Shown: piece after piece, positions 63,538 through 64,000 of the stretch | Layout of the letters: each line of letters opens with the position of its first letter | How positions within the stretch are numbered: the stretch's first letter is position 1 | Source of the DNA: an uncultured delta proteobacterium | GTDB lineage: Bacteria; Myxococcota; Myxococcia; Myxococcales; Myxococcaceae | Direction: 5' to 3' | Assembly (NCBI GenBank): GCA_963713045.1 | Contig: CAVQKE010000004.1 | Location: 832,001-896,000, forward strand | Length of the DNA: 64,000 nt | Program-made: the position numbers and the translations under genes | The notes under the pieces: model-generated | Databases searched by the model: none | Told to the model about the DNA's origin: nothing | What the model saw: the letters and a program-made list of their open reading frames with translations, nothing else

Positions 63538-64000
63538 ATGCACAACCTCTCAAGTCGTACCCGTTCCGTCCAACTGCTGATGGCCTTCGCCTTCGCCGCC
63601 GGGCTCTGCCTTGGCGTCCCGACTGCAGAGGCCCAACCGTTGCCCACGGACACGCCGGGCATCAATTCGTTTTACCCGCCCTACCTCTTCATCATCTTCG
63701 ACACCTCCCAGTCGATGGGTTACTTCCCGGGCGACCCCAACGGCTACCCTGGGTATCTGCTTCAGGATTGGGACCCGACCACGATGACGGTCATTCCCAA
63801 TGACCCCACCTGCCAGAGCAAATTCTGCCTCGGCAAGCGCGCGCTTTACGTTGCGCTGCCGCAGTACTCCTCCCGCATCAACATGGGGCTTGGTACCTAC
63901 AACCAGTACTACGAGACGGCCGCCAACCCGGCGAACTTCGAAACCACCTGCACCTACGACGAGATTGCTTACAACGACGGCAGCTATGGAAATGCAAAGA
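63538..64000 (+). CDS. Secreted vWA-domain protein, PilY1-like (3' truncated by window edge)
   Basis: Own translation: signal peptide ending TAEA-Q, PYLFIIFDTSQSM (MIDAS DxSxS), SKFCLGKRAL, RINMGLGTY; open to the window end. Absent from the ORF track. Confidence 0.7.
   Translation, partial: MHNLSSRTRSVQLLMAFAFAAGLCLGVPTAEAQPLPTDTPGINSFYPPYLFIIFDTSQSMGYFPGDPNGYPGYLLQDWDPTTMTVIPNDPTCQSKFCLGKRALYVALPQYSSRINMGLGTYNQYYETAANPANFETTCTYDEIAYNDGSYGNAK

Overview
GC-rich myxobacterial chromosomal segment (Myxococcaceae-like; inferred from stkABC-like, romX-like, zinc-ribbon/TPR and PilY1-like genes) with two parts. (1) About 1-15.7 kb is a visibly less GC-rich accessory block ending at the 3' end of a tRNA-Val(CAC). 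It carries an arsenic operon (partial arsR, arsI, acr3, arsC, ArsJ-associated gapdh, arsJ), an orphan pstS, a CoA-disulfide-reductase-like flavoprotein, a second complete pstSCAB-phoU operon and an ERG4/ERG24-family sterol reductase. Short direct repeats beside the tRNA resemble integrase arm sites, so this is probably an integrated arsenic/phosphate island whose other end lies left of the window. (2) About 15.9-64 kb is core genome: stkC-stkB-stkA-like, NlpC/P60 lipoprotein, a zinc-ribbon membrane protein with 13 TQVFG repeats, lysC, hutH, a giant TPR protein, cinA-like, tmk, pcm, recG, greA, carB, an aminotransferase, coaD, rsmD, a CDF transporter, a hydrolase, typA, a stand-alone rplC, MoxR-DUF58-transglutaminase, a HEAT protein plus degenerate HD-GYP, rluD, romX-like, J-like/HTH, a MinD-like ATPase, HNH, selA, Slt, a histidine kinase, and a partial PilY1-like vWA gene behind a sigma54-type promoter. 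All calls come from motif recognition by eye; no database searches were run.
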